A DNA stretch of 62,825 bases from Bacteroidales bacterium (GCA_028282585.1 JANQHR010000003.1:1-62825), one strand, 5' to 3'. Positions 39,943 to 50,700 are shown, numbered from the stretch's first letter. Numbers and translations: made by a program. Notes: generated by a model not told the origin, from the letters alone.

Positions 39943-42249
39943 CTAAGTACGGTAATCAGTAATATTAGTCGAAATTTTAAGTATTTTATAAACATTACCT
40001 TCCTCATTCCTTATGGGGGTGTAAGTCTCTGCAAATACTAATTCCTTACCGTTGACTTTCACTTTTGTAGTTTCTTTTTGAATTTTTCCAGCTCTTAACT
40101 CTTTCCAAAAGTTGTCATAAGCATCTTTTTGTTGAGCTGTAAACTCCATATTTAGTGAGTGATGAGTACCAACAATTTCTTCTCTTGATAAACCTACTAA
40201 ATTTAGATAGTAATCATTAACGCTTTGTATGTATCCATCCAGATCATATTCAATAACAAAACTTGAAGTATTAAGAGCTTCAACCAGGCCTTCCATTTCA
40301 GTACTTTTTCGCAATGATTCTTCTTGCGTAGCCTGCAGTTCTTCCATATTTTGACGCATTTCTTCTTCTTGAGACGCCATTTCTTCTGCCTGTTGCTGTG
40401 ATCTTTTTAATAATTCATTTGTACGAATATTTATTCTTACAGATGATAATGTTGAGCCAATGCTTTCTGCTAGTTTCTCAACAAATTCTATTTCATGTTT
40501 TTCAAATAAATTAAACGAAGCAATTTCCAATACACCTAATACTTCTTCTTCAAGTTTTAATGGAACTATTAATAAACTACCAGGATTTGAACCTCCTAAT
40601 CCTGAAGTAATTTCCATATAATCTTGAGGAATATCTGTCATGTAAATGGTTTTCTTTTCTATAGCACAATTTCCTACTAAACCTTCTCCTAATTCAATCT
40701 GTTTTTGCATAAACTTTCTTCTATCATATGCATAAGCTGAAAGAAGTTCAAAATATATATTTTCTTTATCATCGTCATTTAAAATAAATACTCCTCCCTG
40801 ATTTGCTTTTAAATAGTCAATAAGGTTCATAATTATTTCTGTGGCAAGCTTTTCTAAATTATCATTGTTTTGCCTTAATATGTCTCCGAATTTTGCTAAT
40901 CCTTCATTGGTCCATGTTCTTTTCTCATCTTCAATCTTACGTTTTTTATTTTCTTCTTCAGCATTTACAAGGCTTGCCCTCATTTCAAGTAAAGATTTTC
41001 CTAAAATATCATCGTTACTAAGTAATTCAAATTCTTCGTTTAAAATTCCTTTTCCAATAGAATTAGCAAATTCAGCTTTTTTATTCAGTCCTTCTACTGA
41101 TTGGTTCAATGCATAAGCCATTTCTTCAATTTCATCTCCTGATTTGATTTTAATTTTCATTTTTTCGTCTATATGCCCTTTTGCAACTTTCTTAAGCAGA
41201 TCAGTAATTTTTGTTATTGGATTTGTAATGTTTTTACCAATTATAGCAATAACTATTACAATTAAAAGAATTCCAATTATTCCAACAATCAAGGAGATTC
41301 TGAAATTTCTTATTGCATCTGCCATAATGGTATTAACCGGCACCGAAATTGCTATAGACCAGGGAGTATTTGTTTTACCAATAAAAATAGGCGCATAAGA
41401 AATATAATTTTCTACTCCATTTTCATCCTTACTTATATAACTTAACGGTTTTCCTTCCTTAATATTTTTTTCAATAGAATATTCGCTATTATCGGTAGGA
41501 AACAATACACTAATTTCTTTACTCAGTAGTTCTTTATCAGGATGTCCTGCAATAAGCCCTCCATTTGACAATAAAAACGCATAGCTTCCTTTAAAAGGTT
41601 TGATTTCTTCGACAAGTTCCTGAAAACGGTCCAGAGTAATATCAATGGCAACAATACCAATATATTTCCCATTTTCCATTATAGGCGCATTTAGACTTGT
41701 CATTAAAAACTTATCGGCTTTATCTTCAGTAAAAACATCTTCATATGGTTCCCATATGGATGGTATTTTTCGAGTTTTAATTTGACTATACAATGCTGGG
41801 TCGCCATCTAAACTTCTATATTCAAAATTATTTTTAATCACTCCGTTCTCTCTCCAGTAAATCATAGCGTACCTTCCAGTTGGTTTATTCCACTCTGGAT
41901 CAATAGCATTTAGTTCCCAACTGTCCCATAAACTATAAATGTGCGGACTATTTTTAAATACTTTATAATACATATTTGAGAACAATTCCTGCCATTGCTC
42001 ATTTGGCATTGTTTTATAGACATGAAAAGCATCAGCAAGTGTTTTAACTAATGCAAGGTCAGCATCCAATTTAGCTTTTATCTCGTTTGCAGCTTCATGC
42101 ACATAACGGTCTGTTATTTCCGTAGCATCGTTATATGCCATTGTTCGTGCTTTAAAGCTAATATATCCTACTGCAGCAATATAAATAATAATTGATGCAG
42201 AAATAATAAAAATCTGTATCTTTTGCTGTATCTTAAGTTTTATCTTCAT
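39943..42249 (-). CDS. Membrane sensor dCache-HAMP-GAF-coiled coil-PAS
   Basis: Same architecture plus a terminal PAS (IEYDLDG..VN..EIVG.HH..FW..ETYTPI). Confidence 0.9.
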   Translation of the reverse strand: MKIKLKIQQKIQIFIISASIIIYIAAVGYISFKARTMAYNDATEITDRYVHEAANEIKAKLDADLALVKTLADAFHVYKTMPNEQWQELFSNMYYKVFKNSPHIYSLWDSWELNAIDPEWNKPTGRYAMIYWRENGVIKNNFEYRSLDGDPALYSQIKTRKIPSIWEPYEDVFTEDKADKFLMTSLNAPIMENGKYIGIVAIDITLDRFQELVEEIKPFKGSYAFLLSNGGLIAGHPDKELLSKEISVLFPTDNSEYSIEKNIKEGKPLSYISKDENGVENYISYAPIFIGKTNTPWSIAISVPVNTIMADAIRNFRISLIVGIIGILLIVIVIAIIGKNITNPITKITDLLKKVAKGHIDEKMKIKIKSGDEIEEMAYALNQSVEGLNKKAEFANSIGKGILNEEFELLSNDDILGKSLLEMRASLVNAEEENKKRKIEDEKRTWTNEGLAKFGDILRQNNDNLEKLATEIIMNLIDYLKANQGGVFILNDDDKENIYFELLSAYAYDRRKFMQKQIELGEGLVGNCAIEKKTIYMTDIPQDYMEITSGLGGSNPGSLLIVPLKLEEEVLGVLEIASFNLFEKHEIEFVEKLAESIGSTLSSVRINIRTNELLKRSQQQAEEMASQEEEMRQNMEELQATQEESLRKSTEMEGLVEALNTSSFVIEYDLDGYIQSVNDYYLNLVGLSREEIVGTHHSLNMEFTAQQKDAYDNFWKELRAGKIQKETTKVKVNGKELVFAETYTPIRNEEGNVYKILKISTNITDYRT

Positions 42250-42257
42250 AGTTTATT

Positions 42258-44567
42258 TCATTCATTGAATTCCTTTATTGAATTCGAGATTTTTAGTATT
42301 CTTAAAATAGATCCATTTTCATCGAGAATTGGGGTGTATACTTCAATAAATTCAGTTCTTTTACCATCAACTGAATACGTTGCTTTTTCTTTTCTTGTTT
42401 TACCAGATGACAAATCATTCCAAAATTTATCATATTCGGCTTTTTGCTTGGTAGTGAACTCCATTTTATCGGAATGATGAGCACCAAGTACCTCATCTCT
42501 TCTTAAATTAAGAAGATTAAGATAGTTTTCATTTACTTTGGTAATAAATCCATCGGAACTATATTCAATAATGCAACTTGATTCTTCCAATGCATGAAAG
42601 AAACTTTCCATTTCGGAATTTTTTCTACCGGCTTCTTCCTGTGTAGCCTGAAGTTCCTCCATGTTTTGGCGCATTTCTTCTTCTTGAGCAGCCATTTCTT
42701 CAGATTGCTGCTGGAATTTTTCTAAAAGCTCATTGGTTTGTATATTTATTTTTACAGATGATAATGTAGCAGCTATATTTTCTGCAACTTTTTCAATAAA
42801 TTCAATTTGATATTTTTCGAGTTTTTTGAATGACGCAATCTCAATTACTCCATACACTTTTTCTTCCATTTTAAGAGGAACCACTACTAATGAACGAGGA
42901 TTTGAATCGCCTAATCCGGATGTAATTGAAATATATTCTTCAGGTAAATCTTCTATATAGGTAGTTAATTTCTCCAGAGCTACAGCACCTACAATTCCAT
43001 CACCAATTTCAATTCGTTTTTCTAAATGTTTTTTTCTATCAAAAGCAAATGCAGCAACTAAGTCAAGGAAAACATTACTTTTATCTTCATCATTAATAAG
43101 AAATAATCCACCTTGATTAGCTTCTAAATAATGAACCAGGTTCTTTATGATTTGATATGAAAGCTCATCTAAATCATCATTATTTTGACGTAAAATATCA
43201 GCAAATTTGGCTAATCCTTCATTGCTCCAGGTTCTTTTTTTGTCTTCAATTTTTCTATTTTCCTCATCAACTCTTGCTTTCTTTAGACTATCTCGCATTT
43301 CCACTAATGCTTTACCAAGCATATCATCATCACTTAATAATTTAAATTCGTGATCTAAATCTCCTGATTCAATCCTATTTGCAAAGTCAGTCTTCTTAAT
43401 TAACCCATCAACTGACGTTTTTAAAGCATAAGTCATTTCTTCTATTTCATCGCCTGATTTTACATTTAAATCTAACTGTTGGTCAGTTTTTCCTTTAGCA
43501 AGTTCTTTAAGGAAATCAGTAATATTTTGAATAGGGTCAGAAATGTTTTTAGTTATTACATAAATTGCAAAGCTTATAATCAGAATTCCAATGAAACCAA
43601 CAATCAAAGAAATCATAAAATTCCTGTCCGCTTGTGCCATAATCGAATTAACAGGAACAGAAATACCCAAGAACCATGGTGTATTGGTTCTTCCAATAAT
43701 AATTGGAGAAAAAGCAATATAATGCGTTTTACCAAGTTCATCAAGTACCTCTAAATTAAAACTTTCTCCATTCTCAATGATTTCTTGAATATTAAACTCC
43801 TCGCTTGATTTTAAGTTAAATTCGGCTAATTGATTTAAAAAATGAGTTTCCGGGTGACCAGCGTATTTACCTTCTTCTGTAATTAAGAAAGCATAGCTGC
43901 CTTCAAACTGCGAAAGATTTATTTTTTCAACCATTTTTTGGAATCGTGCCAGAATAATGTCTATCCCAACCATTCCATGATATTCATTATTAACAATAAT
44001 TGGGGTTACTAAACTGGTCATTAATTTTGAGGTTTCACCTTCATCCGTAAATACGTCAAAATATATTGGTAATGTCATTTCTCTGGCCTGAGTTTTAATG
44101 TTAGCGTAGGTTGGATTATCCCCATCCAAACTTCTGATGTCTTGTTTTTGTTGAACACGGCCATTTATGCGAGAAAATACATTAGCAATTCGTCCGGTAG
44201 GTCTATCCCAATTTTCATCTATCATACTTAGCTCCCAACTATCCCATAATTTGTAAAAAGCTGGATTATCACGATAAATATTATCGTACATTTTAATAAA
44301 TAAAGGATCCCATTCTTCTCTGGGCATGTCTTTATACACCCTAAAAGCATTGGCTAAGGTTCTAACAACTGCCATATATTCGTTTAAATCCGATTGCATT
44401 TTGTATGCAAACTTTTCGGCATTTGTGTTTACTAATTCAACAGAATCTTTATAACTTGTTTTTTTAGTATTAAAACTTATATATCCTATCGCAGTTGCAT
44501 AAATTACAACTGATAAAGAAATAAGATAAAGTTGCATTTTGTTTTTTAAACCAAGCTTTAATTTCAT
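42258..44567 (-). CDS. Membrane sensor dCache-HAMP-GAF-coiled coil-PAS
   Basis: Paralogue of its neighbours; terminal PAS (IEYSSDG..EVYTPI). Confidence 0.9.
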   Translation of the reverse strand: MKLKLGLKNKMQLYLISLSVVIYATAIGYISFNTKKTSYKDSVELVNTNAEKFAYKMQSDLNEYMAVVRTLANAFRVYKDMPREEWDPLFIKMYDNIYRDNPAFYKLWDSWELSMIDENWDRPTGRIANVFSRINGRVQQKQDIRSLDGDNPTYANIKTQAREMTLPIYFDVFTDEGETSKLMTSLVTPIIVNNEYHGMVGIDIILARFQKMVEKINLSQFEGSYAFLITEEGKYAGHPETHFLNQLAEFNLKSSEEFNIQEIIENGESFNLEVLDELGKTHYIAFSPIIIGRTNTPWFLGISVPVNSIMAQADRNFMISLIVGFIGILIISFAIYVITKNISDPIQNITDFLKELAKGKTDQQLDLNVKSGDEIEEMTYALKTSVDGLIKKTDFANRIESGDLDHEFKLLSDDDMLGKALVEMRDSLKKARVDEENRKIEDKKRTWSNEGLAKFADILRQNNDDLDELSYQIIKNLVHYLEANQGGLFLINDEDKSNVFLDLVAAFAFDRKKHLEKRIEIGDGIVGAVALEKLTTYIEDLPEEYISITSGLGDSNPRSLVVVPLKMEEKVYGVIEIASFKKLEKYQIEFIEKVAENIAATLSSVKINIQTNELLEKFQQQSEEMAAQEEEMRQNMEELQATQEEAGRKNSEMESFFHALEESSCIIEYSSDGFITKVNENYLNLLNLRRDEVLGAHHSDKMEFTTKQKAEYDKFWNDLSSGKTRKEKATYSVDGKRTEFIEVYTPILDENGSILRILKISNSIKEFNE

Positions 44568-44582
44568 ACCAGACTTATTTTA

Positions 44583-46877
44583 TCATTGATAATCACTAAT
44601 GTCTATTGCTAAAAATAGAATTTTCTCAAAACTTTCATTGATTAATACAGGAGTGAACGAAGTTACTAATTTTAATTCGTTACCGGCTTTATCCTTTAAA
44701 AAAGTAATTTCTTGATGAGAGTTTCCGTTCATAACTGTATTTAGTATTTTTTGAAACTTTGCAACATCTTTTTCAGCTACAAACTCTTCAATTTCTTTTC
44801 CCATTATTTCATTTGAAGTATAACCAAATTTAGTTATAAATAGCTCGTTAGCTAAAATAAGTGAAGCATTTAAGTCAAATTCAGCTTTTAATAAAAACTT
44901 ATTAATTCCATTTAAAATTCCGGTAATTTCATCACTTCTTCTTGTAGATTCTTCCTGTGTAGCCTGCAGTTCTTCCATATTCTGCCGCATTTCTTCTTCT
45001 TGCGCAGCCATTTCTTCTGCTTGTTGCTGCGATTGTTCAAGCAAATATGAGGTTTTAGAATTGATTTTAACAGATTTTAATGCAGAAGCAATACTTTCTG
45101 CAACTTGCTCAGCAAAATCAATTTCGTACTTTTTTATTTTATTGAAAGATGCTAACTCAATTACACCAAGAATTTCATTCTCTGTTTTTAAAGGAATAAT
45201 TAATAAACTATTAGGACTTGATTCACCTAAACCAGATGTAATCTCTATATAATCTTCGGGAATTTCGGTTAAATATATTGTACTTTTTTCTGCGGCACAA
45301 GTTCCTATTAATCCTTCACCAAGCTCGATTCTTTTTTTATGGTGCTTTTCGCGATCATAGGCAAATGCAGAAATAAGGTCAAATACAACAGTAGATTTTT
45401 CCTCATCATTTAAAAGAAACAAACCTCCCTGGTTAGCATTCATGTAATAAACCAGGTTTTTAATGATATCATTTGCCAGTGAATCAATATTGTCATTGTT
45501 CCTGCGAAGTATATCAGCGAATTTCGCTAATCCTTCATTAGCCCATCGGCGTTTATGATCCTCCTGCTCCCTTTTTTTTTCATCAGATTTAGCCTTTAAT
45601 AAACTATTTCGCATGCCAACAAGAGATTGGCCAAGTTTATCGTCATCACTTAACAATTCTAATTCTTCTGTTATATTTCCGGAACCTATGTGGTTAGCAA
45701 AATCAGCTTTTCGATTTAAACCATCAATTGAAGTGTTTAAAGCTAAAGCCATTTCACCAGCTTCATCCTTAGATCTAATAGTTACTTTTAAGGATTCGTC
45801 AATTTTACCTTTTGCAATATCCTTAAGCGTATTTGTAACTTTTACTATGGGTTGAGTAATGTTTCGGGCAATAATCCAAATTACAATAGTTAAAAGGATT
45901 AATCCAATAAAACTAACAAGAAGAGCTTTAATCAGAATAGATTTTGCTTTTAAAGTAATGACATTATAAGGTACAACAATAGCTAACGCCCATGGTGTAT
46001 CTATTCCATCAATTACTAAAGGGGCAAATACATAAAAATCCTTTTGACCATATTCATTTTTATAATTGAAAGAAAAATTTAATCCATCTTTTATATTTTC
46101 TATAATATGAGATTGCTGGGTAAGTTCAGGGAATTCTGTACCAATTAATTTTCCCATTAATTCTTTATTTGGATGAGCTACAAATGTTCCATCATTCGAA
46201 AGGAGAAATGCATAACTCATTTGAAACGGATTTATTTTTACAATGATATTTTGAAATCGTTGTAAATCAACGTCAACACCTGCTAATCCAATAAAAGTAT
46301 TTCCAAGTTTTATCGGGACTGATATATTTGCATTTATATAGGCATCTTCAGCTTTTCCTGTTGGTGACCATAATTTAGGATCAACAATCATCGGATTTCC
46401 GGAGACTTTCATTTTATAATAATTACTTGTCAATTCATCTCCTTCCGTATTAAGTTTTGTTTCGATACGAGATATGACTCCATTTTGATCTTTTACCCAT
46501 CCGTTTAAATAACGACCAAAAGGTTTATTCCATTCCGGATCTATGTGATTAAGCTCCCAACTTGTTGCTACTGCCAGGTAATGAGGATTTTCTGTTATAA
46601 TGTGCAATTGTTGCTCAAGAAAAATGTTATTCCAGCTTTCCCAATCGATTTTTTGATATGCTTGTCCTGATTCTGCCAGAGTTTTTACAATTTTGAAATC
46701 GGCTGCTAATTCCGATTTAATTAAATTTGCATATTCATGCGCATTTTTATTCGCAATCTCTTTAGCTTCTTCTAATACTAATTGCCTTGATTTAGTGGTA
46801 ATATAACCAACAGATGCTATAAAAATTAACATCGAAGTTGAGAGTATATATACCAGCATTTTTATATTGATCTTCAT
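44583..46877 (-). CDS. Membrane sensor dCache-HAMP-GAF-coiled coil-PAS (most divergent paralogue)
   Basis: Same core; PAS with AEFDL..AN..FGY..EIMG. Confidence 0.9.
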   Translation of the reverse strand: MKINIKMLVYILSTSMLIFIASVGYITTKSRQLVLEEAKEIANKNAHEYANLIKSELAADFKIVKTLAESGQAYQKIDWESWNNIFLEQQLHIITENPHYLAVATSWELNHIDPEWNKPFGRYLNGWVKDQNGVISRIETKLNTEGDELTSNYYKMKVSGNPMIVDPKLWSPTGKAEDAYINANISVPIKLGNTFIGLAGVDVDLQRFQNIIVKINPFQMSYAFLLSNDGTFVAHPNKELMGKLIGTEFPELTQQSHIIENIKDGLNFSFNYKNEYGQKDFYVFAPLVIDGIDTPWALAIVVPYNVITLKAKSILIKALLVSFIGLILLTIVIWIIARNITQPIVKVTNTLKDIAKGKIDESLKVTIRSKDEAGEMALALNTSIDGLNRKADFANHIGSGNITEELELLSDDDKLGQSLVGMRNSLLKAKSDEKKREQEDHKRRWANEGLAKFADILRRNNDNIDSLANDIIKNLVYYMNANQGGLFLLNDEEKSTVVFDLISAFAYDREKHHKKRIELGEGLIGTCAAEKSTIYLTEIPEDYIEITSGLGESSPNSLLIIPLKTENEILGVIELASFNKIKKYEIDFAEQVAESIASALKSVKINSKTSYLLEQSQQQAEEMAAQEEEMRQNMEELQATQEESTRRSDEITGILNGINKFLLKAEFDLNASLILANELFITKFGYTSNEIMGKEIEEFVAEKDVAKFQKILNTVMNGNSHQEITFLKDKAGNELKLVTSFTPVLINESFEKILFLAIDISDYQ

Positions 46878-46967
46878 GTAAGAGGTCTATTAGAAAACAA
46901 CGTTTAAACTTACATTATTTTAAGAAAAAATCAAATTAATGCTAAGTAATTATTAGGGATTTAGCTC

Positions 46968-47687
46968 CTAATAAATTTGTATGGAGAATTTTTTTAGTTC
47001 TTTGGATAAACTTTTAGCATTTCCTAAGATCGAATCCATTAATTTCCAGAACTTTTTTCCATGATTCTTTTCTACAGTATGACAAAGTTCGTGTATTATT
47101 ACATAATCAATTAAATGACTAGATAACCGCATTAGGTGTAAGTTTAGGTTTATGTTATTTTGTGCACTACAACTTCCCCAAAGAGTTTTAGCATTTTTTA
47201 TGAATGTTTTATTGAACTTGAAGTTTAATTGTTGAGCTAGAAATTCCACTCTGCCAGGTAGATACGCTTTTGCTTCAATTCTTAGAGCTTTGGTTATAAC
47301 AGTGCGAATTATTTCTTGTATACGTTCATCTTTCACAGGTATATGTTCCGGATATTTAATAATTATTTTTTCTGATGTAATTAATGATTTAACTCTGTCT
47401 GTTTTTTCCGATGAAATGTTTAACTTCCTATATTTTGTAGAAAAATCTGTTGATGGTGTAAAAACAGTTTGTTTGTTTTCGATTTTTTCAATTTTTGGAA
47501 TATGATTCAATATCCAATCACGTTTTTTTTCAACAACGTCCTTTGCAAAATTATAACTGACATAATGTGGTAGATTTACTACTACTCCTTTCAAAGGGCG
47601 AATAGTTATACTTACATTTTTTGATCGTTTATTTTTTTGGAACGTAACATTTCCAATACGATCAACATGGATGATTTTATTGGGCAT
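46968..47687 (-). CDS. YgjP/DUF45 (M48/SprT-like) metal-dependent hydrolase
   Basis: WGSCS and DYVIIHELCH...NHGK.FW. Confidence 0.92.
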   Translation of the reverse strand: MPNKIIHVDRIGNVTFQKNKRSKNVSITIRPLKGVVVNLPHYVSYNFAKDVVEKKRDWILNHIPKIEKIENKQTVFTPSTDFSTKYRKLNISSEKTDRVKSLITSEKIIIKYPEHIPVKDERIQEIIRTVITKALRIEAKAYLPGRVEFLAQQLNFKFNKTFIKNAKTLWGSCSAQNNINLNLHLMRLSSHLIDYVIIHELCHTVEKNHGKKFWKLMDSILGNAKSLSKELKKFSIQIY

Positions 47688-47711
47688 TTTGTAATTGTAC
47701 TGAATTACAAA

Positions 47712-50534
47712 TTAACTTAAAAACTTTGAAATTTTTTGCAAAAGAGCTTGGAAAGTTATTGGTTTTAGAATATAATCACTATACCCTATTTCTTGCATTT
47801 CAAACCTTTGATCATCCGAGGCATATGCTGTTTGCGCTATAACAGGAACCTTACAACCACTTGCTTTTAATTTTTCCACTGCTTCATGACCAGTCATGAT
47901 TGGCATATTAATATCCATTAAAATTAAATCATAATTAGGTTCTTCTTTAACCATTTTCAAAACTTCTTTACCATCTTTTGCCCAGAAAATATTAGCTTTT
48001 GTTCTTTCAAGAAAAGTACGTAAAAGTTTATAGTTTGCTTCAACATCTTCGGCAATTAAGATTTTTTTTGAACTCCAGTCAACATTATCGTCAAAAGCTA
48101 CATTTGGTTTATTATTTTTCTCGGCTTTGATTAGATCAAAAGGAATTGTAAAACTAAATTTAGAACCTTCATCTTTATTAGATTCTACCCATAGCTTTCC
48201 TCCTAATAATTCTACCAATCGTTTACAAAGAGCTAAGCCTACTCCTGTTCCTCCATATTTGCGAGTTGTAGATTCATCAGCTTGTCTAAACTGATCGAAA
48301 ATAAATTCTTGATCTTTTTCTCCAATTCCTATCCCTGTATCTTTTACATAACAAACTAAATTTTCATTTTGTATATAATATCCAAATTCAATTAAGCCCT
48401 TTTCTGTAAATTTAAAAGCATTGTCCAAAAGGTTTGAAAATATTTGTTTTAATCTTTTTAAATCGGTAACAATTGAAAGCTCTTTTTCGCTTATTTCTTT
48501 TTTTAAGCTAAGTTCAATATTGGTTAGCTTCATACTATTTTTTAATTCCGTGAACTCAATCAACAATTCATCTAGCATTGTATTAAAATTGCTTTTTGTC
48601 TTGGTTATGATAAGTGTAGATGATTCAATTTTAGAAATATCAATTATATTATCTATAATATCAAGAAGTAATTTACCACTATTTGCCATTAACCTTAGAT
48701 ACTCTTTTTGATCAACCTTTGGAAATTCTTTTGAATTTAATAAGGTTGAAAAACCGATAATTGCATTTAAGGGAGTTCTGATCTCGTGAGAAAGATTTGT
48801 TAAAAAAGAAGTTTTTAAGCGGTCCGATTCTTCCGCTTTAATCTTTGAGGTATATAATTGTTGTTCAAATTCCTTTTGATCTGTTATGTTTCGGTAAATA
48901 ATATAATAACCAATTGGTTTGTCGTTTAATTTAACCGGTAATCCAATTATCGAAACATAAACTTTTTTTTTGTCTTTTGTAGCACGAATTGCTTCAATTT
49001 GACTTGTAGAACCTTCAAGAAAAGTTCTATTAAGTAACGTAGCCTCTTTAATTAACTCCGGAGGAACAATTAGGTCATCTAATCTTTTATTAGCAGTTTC
49101 TATATTTGTATAACCAAATAGTTCGGTAAAAGAAGCATTCATTTTTTGTATATAACCATCTTTATTAAGATATACAATTGCTTCAGGCGATTTTTCGAAT
49201 AATTTTTCGTAGTGAGCTTTTCGTTCTTCCGATAATTTTATTTCAGATATCATTTTATTAGCGGAACTAGCAAGAGCTTTAAATTCTGTTAAGTTTATAC
49301 CCGATTCATCTATTAGTATATTTTCAGATGAAGCCAGGTTAAAAAATCGAATAAATGATTGAATAATGTTTTGTGCTTTTTTGGAAAGGTAAAAAGCAAA
49401 TGTATATATCATTACAAAGAATATACTTAACCAAATAACAAAGAATATGATATTTTTAAAAATATTTCTTTTTAATTCTGCCTTTTTTGCTTCTAATACC
49501 TGATTTATTTCTTCGATATAAACTCCTGCACCAACCATCCACTGCCATTGAGGAATACCTTTTACAAAAGACATTTTTTGCCCGATTTCATCAGTTGTAA
49601 GTTTTCTCCAGGAATAGTATATAAAATCTCCATCCGGATTTTTAACGGCTTTTCGCTCTTCCTGAATCACCTTTATTCCATTTGGATCCTCCAGGTTCCA
49701 CACATTTTTTTTCTCTAAAATAATTTCTCCATCCATTAATAGTGCGTCACCTTCATAAGTATTCACAAAAATGTATCCTTCATTGCCAAATCTGTAATTT
49801 GACAGCCATTGTAAAACCTCTTGTTTAATAATACTATTGAAATCATCATAAAATTCACTTGCTCCAATATACCAATTAAGAGGTTCGACAAGTTTTACAT
49901 ACGTCAGTCTTTCTGATCCAATTACCGTATCACCATCTGATTTTTTCCAGTAGTTGGAAATAAATCCTCCATGGTCCGATCGAATAATATTTATTATATC
50001 CTGAATGAAATAATTACCCATTTCATCTCGCTGATAATATAAATTCTGTCCTTCATATTCAGCCATTTCAGGTAAAAGATATATATTACCTACTAAATCT
50101 CCTATTAAATAACGACCACCTGTAATTTCAATAGGACTAAGGGCATCAATTATTAGATTTTTGATTTCCGTTGGAGATTTGGTATCTTTATTTTCATTAT
50201 AAATATTAAGCGCAATATCCGCAGCAATATCGACACTCTTTTTTAAAGATAATCTTATATTAGTTTCAGTTTGTTGTACATTAAAGTTTATATAACTAAC
50301 TGCTCTTTCTGTTTCTTTCTTTATATTATCTTTTTGTGATTCAATATAATTTCTTTGTATATCAGAAATTTCAGATCTTAAATTGCTGTATTCTCTTTTA
50401 ATCCAAAAATAAAGAACTACAACAAACATGATAAAAACTAATATAATTACCTGAGTGAGAAAAACGCTTACAAGTTGAACCTCTTTATTGGGTGATTTTT
50501 TAAAAAAATTTATAAAATTCTTGAAACTAATCAT
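47712..50534 (-). CDS. Hybrid sensor histidine kinase (Cache-PAS-HisKA-HATPase-REC)
   Basis: SHEIRTPLNAI H-box, NLLDNAFKFT, DTGIGI, GGTGVGL, REC DLILMDINMP; periplasmic Cache_2-type repeats. Confidence 0.95.
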   Translation of the reverse strand: MISFKNFINFFKKSPNKEVQLVSVFLTQVIILVFIMFVVVLYFWIKREYSNLRSEISDIQRNYIESQKDNIKKETERAVSYINFNVQQTETNIRLSLKKSVDIAADIALNIYNENKDTKSPTEIKNLIIDALSPIEITGGRYLIGDLVGNIYLLPEMAEYEGQNLYYQRDEMGNYFIQDIINIIRSDHGGFISNYWKKSDGDTVIGSERLTYVKLVEPLNWYIGASEFYDDFNSIIKQEVLQWLSNYRFGNEGYIFVNTYEGDALLMDGEIILEKKNVWNLEDPNGIKVIQEERKAVKNPDGDFIYYSWRKLTTDEIGQKMSFVKGIPQWQWMVGAGVYIEEINQVLEAKKAELKRNIFKNIIFFVIWLSIFFVMIYTFAFYLSKKAQNIIQSFIRFFNLASSENILIDESGINLTEFKALASSANKMISEIKLSEERKAHYEKLFEKSPEAIVYLNKDGYIQKMNASFTELFGYTNIETANKRLDDLIVPPELIKEATLLNRTFLEGSTSQIEAIRATKDKKKVYVSIIGLPVKLNDKPIGYYIIYRNITDQKEFEQQLYTSKIKAEESDRLKTSFLTNLSHEIRTPLNAIIGFSTLLNSKEFPKVDQKEYLRLMANSGKLLLDIIDNIIDISKIESSTLIITKTKSNFNTMLDELLIEFTELKNSMKLTNIELSLKKEISEKELSIVTDLKRLKQIFSNLLDNAFKFTEKGLIEFGYYIQNENLVCYVKDTGIGIGEKDQEFIFDQFRQADESTTRKYGGTGVGLALCKRLVELLGGKLWVESNKDEGSKFSFTIPFDLIKAEKNNKPNVAFDDNVDWSSKKILIAEDVEANYKLLRTFLERTKANIFWAKDGKEVLKMVKEEPNYDLILMDINMPIMTGHEAVEKLKASGCKVPVIAQTAYASDDQRFEMQEIGYSDYILKPITFQALLQKISKFLS

Positions 50535-50700
50535 TTTTTGGGCTTAGAAAGGTTTCTGAACGTCTAAGTTATAAAATTATTATGTCATAAAAAAGACGGT
50601 TTATAATGTTTTAATAATGATATGTTTTCATAAATTTGATATTTTATTTAACACGGTTATTAGTTAATTGTTTTTATTTACTACTTAATATAAAATTTAA

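Noticed and set aside
37885-46877. Calling the four receptors methyl-accepting chemotaxis proteins or histidine kinases
   Set aside because: No MCP hairpin tip motif and no H-box or ATPase motifs.
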